From Lama glama (Eukaryota), in the NCBI GenBank assembly GCA_028534125.1, contig CM052817.1:35776001-35840000 (forward strand): a stretch of DNA of 64,000 nucleotides. Reading direction: 5' to 3'. The notes beneath the pieces are model-generated. The model did no database searches, was not told the DNA's origin, and worked only from the letters and a program-made list of their open reading frames with translations. The translations under genes were made by a program, and so were the position numbers. This document shows, piece after piece, positions 53,322 through 64,000 of this stretch; position 1 is the first letter of the stretch; every line of letters starts with the position of its first letter.

Positions 53322-55493
53322 CCAATTCAGATGCCTTTTATTTCTTTTTTTCTTTTTTCCCTAATTGCTCTCATTGGAACTCCCAATACTATGTTGAATA
53401 AAGTGGCAGGAGTGGGCATCATCGTTGTCTTGTTCTTGATCTTATAGGAAAAGCTTTCAGCTTTTCATCACTGAATATGATGTTAGCTTTGGGCTTGTCA
53501 TAAGTGGCCTTTATTGCATTGAGGTGTATTCCCTTTACACCCACTTGTTGAGAGTTTTTTTTATCATGAACAGACGTTGAACTTTGTCAAATGATTTTTC
53601 TGCATCTATTCAGATGATTTTATGATTTTTATCCTTCATTTTGTTAATGTCATAGATATTGATCTGTGAATTTAAACCATCCTCGCATCCCTGAAATAAA
53701 TTCCATTTAAACATGATATACAATCCTTTTAATGTACTGCTGAATTTGGTTTGCTAATATTTTGTTGAGGATTTTTGCATCTATGTTCATCAGGGATATT
53801 GGCCTGTAATTTTATTTTCTTGTGGTATCCTTGGCTGGTTTTAGCATCAGGGTAATATTGGCCTTGTAAATAAGTTTGGAGGTGTTCCTTGTTATCTTTT
53901 GGAAGAGTCTGAGAAGGATTGGTATTAATTCTTTTCTGAATGTTTGGTAAAATTCACTAGTGAAGTCACCTAGTCCTAGATTTCTACTTGTTGGGAGATT
54001 TTGATTAATGATTCCATTTCCTTATTAATAATTAGTCTGTTCAGATTGTCTGTTTCTTTATGGTCTTGGTAGATTGTACATTTCTAGGAATTTATACATT
54101 TCTTATAGGTTGTCAAGTAGAAGTTTCTTGAAGACAGACTTACCCCAGGTTTTTTGTGTTTGAAAGCTGAAAGTCATTGAGGGAGTTACACTAGGTCATC
54201 CCTTTGGAGAGTGGGGTAAGAGCTGAATAACTTTAAGACAAAAAACTGAAATAGAGAAGAAAAGATACAGAATTTCCTTCAACCAGGAAGGCATGGAGAT
54301 TTGGACAAGTCCTGGGAAAAGCCGAGACCAGGGTCTCCAATCTCTGAAAGCATCTCAAAGAGAGGAATTAGAGAGGAAACTCAGAGAGGAATTAGATGTG
54401 GGCCATACAGGTACACTGAACACCAGGCAGAGAGGTACCCCCCCAACCTCAGAAAGAACAAGCAGAAGACAGGCACAAAATAGTCAAACTGCCAGTCTTT
54501 GGCTGGGCCTGTGGGTTTGAAACCTAGTATCAACATTATCTCATAAGATAAGGGAGTCCAGAGGCCTTTTCTCCATATATCAGGCCCCACACAAGCTTCC
54601 AGGATCCTTGTACAACTTCACAACAAGGAGGAAATTGAATTTCTCACAACCCTGATGAGTAGGGACTCAATCGCAAGCTTAATTTGTAATTTAGTTCAGA
54701 AAAACAAAGGACAAAATGTAAAGGGGAAAAATCAGCTTTTCTACCTCATGTCTGTCTTGAGTACTATCCAAAATTTTATAAAGGAAGTTAGAGGGAGATT
54801 CTGTCTAGAGCTGGGTTTTGTTGTTTGTTTTTTTGTTTGTTTGTTTTGTTCTTGTTTTTTCTGAAAAGAAATTAAGTTTCTGCTAAGATTGAGATAAAGG
54901 CTAAGTAGAGAACATGTAGAAACAGGTGAATTTGGAAAAGATTGTTGAGGTGATCAAGGAGGTTCTGACCCAGAATTTCCAGGAGATGCTAGCAGCCTAC
55001 TTGTGAATGGAAATCTGACTTTTTGGTGGTATTAGTCGGACAAATGGTGTGACTGTCTCCTGCAGTACTCAGCCATGCTGGTGTAGGAGTGGAAAAAATG
55101 GATTGCTGAATTTCTCTGGAGTTGAGATTTTGCTGAGAGGGTACAGCAGGAGAAAAGTATGCCAGGCAAATAAAGGTGTAGGTGAAAGATTGTTTCTCAT
55201 GATCAACTGTGAGCTGCAGACGGGCTTGGGAAGGCAGATGGCTAAGAGAGGCTGACGGTCTGGTGGGAAAGCGGAGATGAAGACACTTGAGTTTTGTTGA
55301 TGCTTTTTGTTCTTTGCTTTGCCCTTTGAAGTGGAACAGCAGTGCTGCAGTTCACTGCCATCACAGTGGTAGAGCCCGCTCTGTCAGAAACTAAAGTCTA
55401 GTCAAGGTGATGGCCGAGGAAGGGCACTGTAATAATTATGTGTAGTTTTTAAACATGTGTAGGTCTAATCTCAAAAGGTAACTTGCTAAGTCA

Positions 55494-55640
55494 GGGAGGG
55501 TATAGCTCAGTGGTAGAGTGCATGTTTAGCATGCATGAGGTCCTGGGTTCAATCCCCAGTACCATCAGATAGATAGATAGAGATAGATAGACAGACCAAC
55601 CGACCGACCTAATTACCCCCAACCAAAATAAATTTTTGTT
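55494..55640 (+). mobile_element. Camelid tRNA-derived SINE (vic-1-like)
   Basis: gggagggtatagctcagtggtagagtgcatgtttagcatgcatgaggtcctgggttcaatccccagtacc (A box tagctcagtgg, B box ggttcaatcc). Degenerate TSD aaaaRgtaactKgct from 55473 and from 55641. Confidence 0.9.
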
Positions 55641-56603
55641 AAAAAGTAACTGGCTGAAACGTGGTTGATTTTGTTCAGCTACATGGTATCTGTTTTCTAC
55701 ACTGGTACCACTGTAATAATTACAATGCCATCCTCCCCCTGAAGCCTTGACTATGAGACCATCTACTTTAATAGACTTGGATTTATTCATCTTATAAACC
55801 ATGCTCTTCCAAAAGATTCATTAATTTTTCTTAATAAAAAAGGGGCTTCATTTCAACTACAAGCTTGTATTTAAGATGGTAGGTTTTTCATTGTAGGGGA
55901 GATTTTGGAGATAACTGTTTCATCTTCCTTTGAGGATACGCCTGTCCTAGTCTCATCTGTTGTTGACTTTTCAGTAAATGTACAATGTGTTGAAATGACA
56001 GCTTCCAAGGAATGCTGTTAAGCTCATTATGAAAACAGTCTGTATAACGCTAGAGGGTTGCCTCTCTGTGTGCCTTTCATTTAAATTATAAAATCAGTAA
56101 TCCCTTGAACGCCTTCGGCTGGCCTAGACTACCAGTGCCTTTGGGAGAGAGATTAGGTGAGCAGCAAACATGATTTTCCATTATTTTGAAGATGAAACAA
56201 GGTGACCAAGAACTAAATAACTTGTCCAAGGACAAAAAATGGCAAGAATTGGTACAGTGCTCAGAATCTCAAATTTATAATTCTTTTAGCCAACATTCAC
56301 AGGGTCTGCTTGGAAAACTTTTCCACTTCTTCACCAGACAAGGAAGGAAAACAATCAACCTTATTTTTTCCCAAGAGAAAAGATCTATTTGTTAAATATG
56401 CTACCTAAAATGTAATTTTAAAAACTGATCAGATGTACATCATTAACAAAATGTGTACATAGACAAAATGCGTGCCTACAGAGTGCCTGCTGAGCCTGGG
56501 GTTAATTTAATTTTTTAAATTCAGAACAAACTAACATTATGTGCTCCTCATGGGATGCTCCAAGGATGCAATACCAATTAGGTAATATTCCTGCCAAAAT
56601 GAT

Positions 56604-56940
56604 TGCAGTGGGCTGAATGTGACCCACAAAATTCATATGTTAAAATCCTAACCTCAGTGTAATGGTATTTGGAGGTGGGGCCTTGGGGCAGTGACTAGAT
56701 CATGAGGAAAGAGCCCTCAGGAATGGCAGCAGGCCCCAGAGAGCTCCCTTGTCCCTTCTGCCGTGTGAGGACACAGCGAGAGGACAGCTAGCTATATGTG
56801 AACCAGGAGGCCGTAAGAAGCAGGCCCTCACCAGATTCAAGTCTGCCAGCTTTTCTTGGACTTTCTGCCTCCAGAACTATGAGAACTAAATGTCTGTCAT
56901 TTACAAGCCCCCGGTCTATAGTATTTCATGATAGCAGCCC
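56604..56940 (+). mobile_element. MaLR LTR (MLT1A-like)
   Basis: tgcagtgggctgaatgtg..caaaattcatatgttaaaatcctaacc..ggtatttggaggtggggcctt...gcctccagaactatgagaa. Confidence 0.85.
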
Positions 56941-57305
56941 ACATACCATGGAATATTATGCAGCCTTTAAAAAGGAAGAAATTCTGTCACATGTAACGAC
57001 ATGAATGTACCTCAAAGACATTACACTAAGCATAAAAATATAGTCACAACAGACAAATACTGTATCATTTCACTCATATGAAGTATCTATTGTAGTCAAA
57101 AATCATCGAGGCGGAAAGTAGAAGGGTAGCTGTCAAGGGCTGGAGGGAGGGGAAGTAATGTTTAGTGAGGATTGAGTTTCAGTTTTGTAAGATGAAAAAG
57201 TTCTAGACAACTTTTCTGTTTTTCTGTGTCTGTGGTACAACAATGTGAATCTACCTAACACTACTGAAACTACTTAAAAGTGGTTAAGATGGTAATCAAA
57301 AAAAG
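56941..57305 (+). mobile_element. L1MA-type 3' end
   Basis: catggaatattatgcagcctttaaaaaggaagaaattctg...gagtttcagttttgtaagatgaaaaagttctaga. Confidence 0.85.
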
Positions 57306-57309
57306 AGAC

Positions 57310-57965
57310 AAAAAATAACAATATCTGATGGTGATAAGTGCTACAGAGGAAAATAAAGCTTGTAGGAAGAGCCCGGAAGCCTCCGCCAGGAGGTGGAGGA
57401 AGTCTGTGGTCCAGAGGATGCGGCCGTGGAGGAAAAGACTTGCTAGGTGCAGGTGGTCAGGGAAGTCCTCACTGACATTTGAATGACACTTAATCCACGT
57501 GGATAAATGAGGGAAAAGTGTTCCAAGTAGAGGGAACAGCAAATGTAAGGCCCTGAGGTAGGTCACATCTGATCCGTTCTAGAAACATCAAGGAAGTCGG
57601 TGTGGCTGGAACAAACAAGTGCTCGGGTGAGGGATGGGTGACGAGGTAGGAGACAGTGGAGGGGAGAGAAAAGCACAGGTAACGTCAAACCTGGACGCCG
57701 TCTCAAGGAGTTGGCTTTATCCCAGTGACACACGAAACCATGAGCAAAGGCAGAAATGGGCAGAACAGTCCATAAATGATGAAGTAATCCAGGAGAGAAA
57801 ATGGATTGAGGATCTATTTTGAAAGAAGGAGCACAGAACCATTCTGACAGACTGGATCTGAAGGAAAAGAGAAGAGTGAAGGATGAGGTTGGGGTGGATG
57901 GAGTGACCCTTTCCTAGGGCATGGGAAGGGAGCCTGATATCCTGTTTGAACTTGTCACTTCTGAG
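57310..57965 (-). mobile_element. L2 remnant
   Basis: gatggtgataagtgctacagaggaaaataaagc; agagggaacagcaaatgtaaggccctgagg. Confidence 0.65.
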
Positions 57966-58679
57966 ATAACTCTTGAGCCTTCGTGGGGAGACGCTGAGGA
58001 GGGAGCTGGAATGTGAGTCATGGCTTCACCATGTAGGAGACGCCACGGTCCCCCTCACACGGCCACTCCTGTCTGGTCTCAAGGGGCCTGTGCTCCATTC
58101 AGTGTCTCAATTTGGGGATGATTTGCTCACATCTGTCCTCAAAAACTCACTATGTCTCAAATCTTATGTGTTACTCCTCTTGAAAAATAAAAACCCTCCA
58201 ACATAAATCACAACTAAAACCCCAAACTCTTAGTCACAGCTGTAGACCAAGACCAAACACCAACAAAGACTAAGCAGTCACACCGGTCAGCTCGGCAAAT
58301 GAACGCATTTGGGGGAGCTACCCTGCTAGAAAGAGCAGGCCTGGGGCCCTGCCTGCTGCTGGAAATGAATCCTCCATGCAGGACGCAGGAAAGGAAACAG
58401 GACACTTGTACTAACATCAAAGCCGAGATGTGCACCGCGGAGTTCGGAAATCTAGTTTCCTCTCCAGCATCTCTGTCACTGCTTCATAAAGCACGTCATA
58501 TTCCCGGCATTGCCTCTCCCCTATGTGACAATGGCAAGAGGAAAAGAGACTGAGTTGTTTCAAAGCCGTGTATTTTAAATGTCTAGCTAATAAGTAATTC
58601 TAAGTTAGACGGTAGCTCTGCTGGCACATTGAAGGACTTTCTGGGACATTTGAGAAAATATATCTTACTCTAAGATATT

Positions 58680-59170
58680 ACTGGGTAACTCAAAATAGAC
58701 TAATGTCTGTGACTAAGGTAGCTCCAAAATCTCAGTGGCTTAACACAAAGAGATGTGTTCCTTATACTCACACATAGGCCGCATGCAGACATTCCTCGTC
58801 ATCTGGCTTTCCCGGGAGGCTCCACCTGCCGTGACGACTCGGAGATGCAGAATTCTCTCATGATGCAGAGCCAGACAGAGACCCCTGGGCCTTGGGGGAA
58901 TCCCTTCCAATCAATATTCTTTTTGTTGTGGTCATTGTTCTGCCATCTCACAGTCCTTCATTTCCAGACATACGGGCAGGGAACGACAGAGTAGAAGATG
59001 GCACAGGACATCTGCTATTCAGGTGAAGTAGTGAAAGTCACTTGCATTTACTTTGCTTTAGCCAGAACGCAGGCTCGTGCTCACAAGGAGGAGCGAGAAG
59101 GCTGTCAGTGTGGTCCTCTGTGTACACGGAGAACAAGATGATTAGGGGAACACAAAGAGCTGTGTCTGCA
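58680..59170 (-). mobile_element. Old MaLR LTR (MLT1J/K-like)
   Basis: ccaaaatctcagtggcttaacacaaagagatgtgttccttatactcac. Confidence 0.55.
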
Positions 59171-61096
59171 GTAATTTCCTACCTGGGTCTTTAGTATATG
59201 GCTAGTTAGCTTGTCACTTAAGTCCAAAGCACATTTCCTAACAATTCTGGCCTCATTATTAAGGATCACGAAGATGGGTAGCCCAACATAAAATCTCTAA
59301 CTTTCCGTTTTAAAATTTCACAGAAAATAAGAAAGCATTTAGTTCCACATAGGGAGCTGCCTTCCATTTCTAGCACCTGCATCTTCGGCCTAAAGTCCCC
59401 CAGCTCCTCACAAAATGTCTGGAACCTAAAACGCCAGGGCCTGAAGGAGTTTCAGCAGGGGTGTTTCTGGGAGAGAACTGCAATGGCAGAGGGTTTCTCG
59501 TGACGCGATGTGAGGCCAGATGACACGGCGTTCATGCAGCCAGGCTGGCACACAGCACAGGAATTCCTTCAAATCAATGTTCTTTTTGTTTTTCAAATCC
59601 ATTTATGTTGAAATAGTTTACAAACCACAAATTATAGAGAAGAACATATGTCCTCTGTGTGTCCTGATTTTATTGGGCTTTTAGCTTTTTGATGATATAA
59701 TGATGTCTGGTTATAGTTGGCACTTCTCTGAGGACCAGTGAAACTGACCATCTTTTCATATGTTTATTTGCCATTTGGTTTCCCTGTGATCTGCCAATCC
59801 AGTATCTTCTTCCCATATTTCTATTGTGTTGTATATATGTTTTTCATAGTCATTGATAATCATACCGAGGTGATGCTAAATGCTACATGGAGCACAGGTG
59901 GCAATGCACCACTGCTGCAGACTGGCCTTTCTCTTATTACCTTTACCTATTCCACTCTGGCCCCGAGCTAACACACCTCACTGGGCACAATAAAATCCTG
60001 CATGCAACCAGGGCCACCTTTCTGAAAGGCAGCCTGGCCACTGCAACTCTGCAGGGCTCCTGGAGAGTGCAATAGCAAAGTTTTCCTTCCAGTTGCTTAC
60101 GGAACACTCCACAAGAAGAATTCTGATGAGTATGATGAATATCATTTTCTCTATTTCATTATATTTCCAGGGAAGTTTTAGTGCAGCATTGTCCATCATA
60201 GGCTGGCATCTTGTCAGAATCTTAATCCCGATTTGAGTTAGAAAAATCAAAGTTCGTATGAGGAAACACAAAAATGGTACAGGAAACGAGAAGATGTGAA
60301 CAGAGAAGGGATGTCCATTTTCCAGCCATCTTGCCAAGCTGCCTGGGAAGTTTGTTGCATTTTGGGGGCTACTATTTGCAAGTGTTAGCAGAACCTAAAT
60401 AGAAAGATCTCCTGACTCCAAACGTGCTTAAAGCAAATATGCATAAGTATTTCTATTTTATTATAAGCAAACATGCATCAAGAATTTATATTTTATTAAC
60501 ACTGTTGGAAGCCATAGTAACCCAGATTTCTACATCTAAAAATGCAAAATAGGTAGGTGGCACTGAATGCTTGATAAAGTAGTTGCCTTGTCAAAGCCTC
60601 CCTTTATTCTCTTTTCATATGCAGAGACACCCATTTTATATTTGCTTTCCAGCATGAGCGGATAATACTGTAACATATTTGCCTTCAGGCCAAGTAATTT
60701 GTTAAATGAGACAAACATCCACTGGCAGATCGTTGAAGGTCACACCACCTTAACTATATTGCAAGAATCCTGTTTTCACAAAGACAAGCTTCATTCTTGA
60801 TAGGAAAAGATTTAGTCTGATCCATCACAGGAACAGAAGAAAATACTTTTTTCCCCCTGCAGATATCACTTTGACTTAGCTGCCTAAGGCAGTACAATAG
60901 AACACCCCCTTCCCCTCAGTCCACTTGCCTTTGACGGTGTCTTTGGAAAGAGGGGAGGAGCATGGATGAAGCCTGTACCCTCACTGCTCATTTGTATGAA
61001 GCAGTCTTTCTTGATAAGGGGAGGGGTTGAAGGAGCTGTTTCTTTTAGGGGAGTTTCAAGTTCAGAAAGCTCTGCTTATGTGTGGAGGATCTCATG

Positions 61097-61601
61097 GTGG
61101 AGAGGAGGAAATAGTTTTCCTTGACCTAAGAAGGGTCTCTGGCTGCATCTGAAAATTAAACTGACAAAAACAGATTAACAGGAGAAAAGCACACACATTT
61201 ACTTACAAGTTTTAGGTGATTTGGGAGCCTTTATGAGGAATTGTAAACTCAAAGAAATAATTATACCTGAGTTTTTTACGCTAGCTTTGATGAAGAGTGG
61301 AATATGACAGGTTAAGGATTATGAGTGAGCAAGGCAAACGGGGGGCGGGGGGAGTTGCCAGGCCTGTTTGTTCAGATTCTTCTTGGCATCCTTTTGTCTT
61401 CAAAGGTAAGGCTGTTCCTTTCCTTCAGATTTAGGGAGGGCACCTCTCACGTAAGGGTTTTATGATCCGTTTCAGGGAAGAGGGTGGGGGCCCGATCAGA
61501 GTGACCTTCCTGCTCCTGCTGTTTTCTCTAACTCCTTCAGCTTAAAATATTTGACATGTCAAGTTGCCATATTTTGGGGTGGCGTACCCTGAACCTCATC
61601 A
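61097..61601 (-). mobile_element. ERV1-class solo LTR (LTR39/MER34-like), copy 1
   Basis: Minus strand begins tgatgaggttcagggtacgccaccccaaaatatggc; plus-strand acagattaacaggagaaaagca. Confidence 0.8.
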
Positions 61602-63244
61602 AAGGGAACCCTGCAATGTAAACTGACAAGGGCAAGCCACCAAGCAGCTGATGCTCCTCTAGTCTCCTATAGATCTTCCCAAGATTGGGTTTCTTTCTAC
61701 AAAGTTCCACATCCTCATCATCCTCTGTCCACTAGAGAAGACTGCTTGGAGTCAGTGAGCTTTGCAGGGCTTAACCGTATGACCTCGGGCAAGTGACTTA
61801 CCTCCGTGTGTTTTCCCACCTGTTTGTTCAGTTCAGATTTGTCCACGCTGGACTTTCTTAAATTAAAGAGCAGTTCTATGGCAGAAAGAGGAGATTTCAG
61901 TTTAATGTGAAGCTTTTTGAATGTTCATTTCAGAACACTTACTAATTTTGAAACACTTGGCAAAGTAACATTTCTTAGTATACTTTAATCAAGTCCAATA
62001 AAGGGATGAAAAAGTATTCAAAGATAGTAATTTGAATAATCATGGGAACAGAACTTCAAAGTTTTTCTTTTTGAGAATTTGGGGGTTTGAACTGTTGGCG
62101 ATTCCATGTCAGCAGTGCCGGAGCTGCTTAATTCCACTTCTGTGCTTCTGTTTCTTGGCTACCTGGGGCAGATGAGCGCTGACAGCACAGTTCCGGGAGG
62201 AAGAGCTTGTCAGACGCTAATGCAAAGATTTACAAGTGAGCTTCCTGCAGCTCAGTGAGACCTGCACTTGGTTAGAACCCCTGGGAATTGATTCCATTGC
62301 CCCAGATAATAACTTGTTTCAGTATCGGGCCCCAAAGCTCAATTATATGGCCAGAGAGACAGGAAAAATACAGGTCTCGTAACTGCTTTGCCCTGAAAGT
62401 TTCTGAAGAATTTTGACTCTTTAACATCAGCACGTGAACGGGAATCTTAGCTGACAATGAGGTGATAGCTCCGGATATTTGACAATTCCCATCCCATGTC
62501 TTAATGTACATTTCTGCTGTGCTAAACCTCGGTATTACATCCATTGTACAATACATCCAAGTACGCAAACCACTCAGGAATCGGTAGTTAGTGTCACACG
62601 GAAAGCTTAGCCATCTTTCCAAACAGATAATACTTTAGAAGGATTGAAGTAGTAAGAATGTTTTCTACAGAAATGAAAGATGCCATAAGAGTAGGTATCA
62701 CCTACTGAGTGCTGACCATTTGCCAGGCACTGTGTGGAATGCTCTCTATATATGAACCTGGTATTAAAAAGTTATACACCTTTATAGTCTTAAAGTCAAA
62801 TTAAATTATAGACCAAATCCAATGCTGCCAAACTCACTAGGAAATTCTGTCTCCGTCATTATTCCTTGCCTGGGGTCACCCCCAAAGCACGTGAGGTTTA
62901 TGTGATTTCCAGAAAATGGGGAACAGTCTCTCAGTCCGTTGGTCTACCTTTATTGCGGCTAATGTATACACTCCTAAAATTGCTGAACAGGCAGTCTCAA
63001 CATTTCTGTGCCAGCCGTGGTTGTGAGGATGTTTCCAGGCTGGGAATCTGGGTGCCTGTGTCCAGCCTACAAGGAGCACCATGGAAGTGCTGACCAAGGT
63101 CATGGCCACAGCTGTGGGTCTGGGCTCAGGTTCTTGCTCCTCCTGGGACCCTTCTGAGCCTGGGAAAAATCTCTCTCCTCCTTCCTGCTGCCTCTTCTTT
63201 CCCTTCCTCTAGTATATTTCCAGCAATGAGCTCAAGTTGACACA

Positions 63245-63690
63245 GATACAAAAAAGCCAAATACAGATTAATAGGAGAAAAGCATACACATTTATTGAAT
63301 ATATGTTTTGCCTGACACGGGAGCCTTCCTCAGGAAATGAAGACCCAGAGAAACAGTCAGACCTGAATATAGTGTGCTGGGTTTGATGAAGAGTGGATGG
63401 TCATGGAGGAGCATGCCAAGTTAAGGAAGTAAGTGTAGTAACTGAGGGAAACTTAGCAAGGCCTATTTGTTCGGATTCTTCTTGGCATCCCTTTGTCTTC
63501 GGAGATAAGGATGCACCTTCCTCCAGGTACAGGAAGGGTACCTCTCGCAGGAGGGTTCTCCGACCTGTTTCTGGGGAGAAGGGTTGGAGAGAATTTAGAA
63601 TGACTTGACTTTCTCTCAAATTCTTTCAGCTTAAAATATTCAGTCTGCCAAGGTGCCACATTTAGGGGCAGCATGTTCTGAGCCCTGTCA
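63245..63690 (-). mobile_element. ERV1-class solo LTR (LTR39/MER34-like), copy 2, 3' end truncated
   Basis: Collinear with copy 1 (acagattaataggagaaaagca; tttgatgaagagtgga; ttcttcttggcatcc; ttcagcttaaaatatt). Minus strand begins tgacagggctcagaacatgc. Confidence 0.8.
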
Positions 63691-63766
63691 CCGTAAAAGG
63701 AAATTGTCCTCAAATCCCATCCCACCCTCTCCATGAAATGGAGGAATTTGATTCAGGCTGCCTTGC

Positions 63767-63835
63767 AGAGGAAGAAGAAGAAAGGGTAAGAGAAAGGGGA
63801 AGGGGAGGCGAGGAGGAAGAAAGGAAGGAAATAAA
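63767..63835. repeat. GA-rich low-complexity tract
   Basis: Read directly from the sequence. Confidence 0.8.
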
Positions 63836-63899
63836 ACAGTAACAGTCCCATTCCTGCTGATTTCTCTACCATAAGGAAAATAAAATCTGAATTACTATC

Positions 63900-64000
63900 T
63901 TTGTGCCACGTGTATTATCTCATCAAAGACTCACAATAACCAGATGAGACAAGTGCAGTTTTGATTCTCACTTTACAAATGAGTAAAGCGAGGCTTAAAC
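63900..64000 (-). mobile_element. MIR fragment
   Basis: tattatctcat...ctcacaataacc...ttctcactttacaaatgagtaaagcgaggctt. Confidence 0.65.

Larger units (their letters stand above)
50836..54115 (-). mobile_element. L1MA9-like element (~2.5 kb of L1 sequence, internally deleted) hosting two later insertions
   Basis: Poly-T then tattgagatataattggcatataatatt...atgagaacttttaagatct. ORF2 remnants [19 protein letters not shown] and [29 protein letters not shown]. Confidence 0.9.
41455..64000 (-). other. Probable GPRIN3 intron 1 (non-coding exon 1 and promoter lie beyond the window)
   Basis: Upstream of the acceptor, repeat-rich, no CpG island or other coding exon seen. Continuity across the 46.2-kb gap is assumed. 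Confidence 0.6.

Noticed and set aside
55494..55565. tRNA-like sequence (also 9685-9757)
   Set aside because: SINE head followed by SINE body, tail and TSD; not a tRNA gene.
61097..63690. Provirus with paired LTRs
   Set aside because: LTRs are too diverged, no primer-binding site or gag/pol seen, and the spacer contains older host repeats.

Overview
Mammalian genomic DNA, almost certainly a camelid: it carries two tRNA-derived vic-1-type SINEs and artiodactyl-type L1 3' ends. Two exact 500-N scaffold gaps lie at 25601-26100 and 46222-46721. The only protein-coding gene is GPRIN3 (minus strand, 38992-41340, 782 aa, whole ORF in one exon). Its splice acceptor is at 41455/6 and it has a probable very long, transposon-poor 3' UTR running to about 30.4 kb, with several candidate poly(A) sites. 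Sequence above 41.5 kb is probably its first intron, since no exon 1 or CpG island is visible; 1-28 kb is intergenic. Both regions are dense with L1, L2, MIR, MaLR/ERV LTR and DNA-transposon remnants, many nested and with readable target-site duplications (TSDs). I found no evidence of a new biological system. The best leads are a twin-primed L1 insertion with an unusually large internal deletion, three clustered candidate LC8-binding motifs in GPRIN3, and a Pumilio-element cluster confined to the distal 3' UTR. Repeat subfamily names come from recognition by eye and need RepeatMasker/Dfam confirmation.
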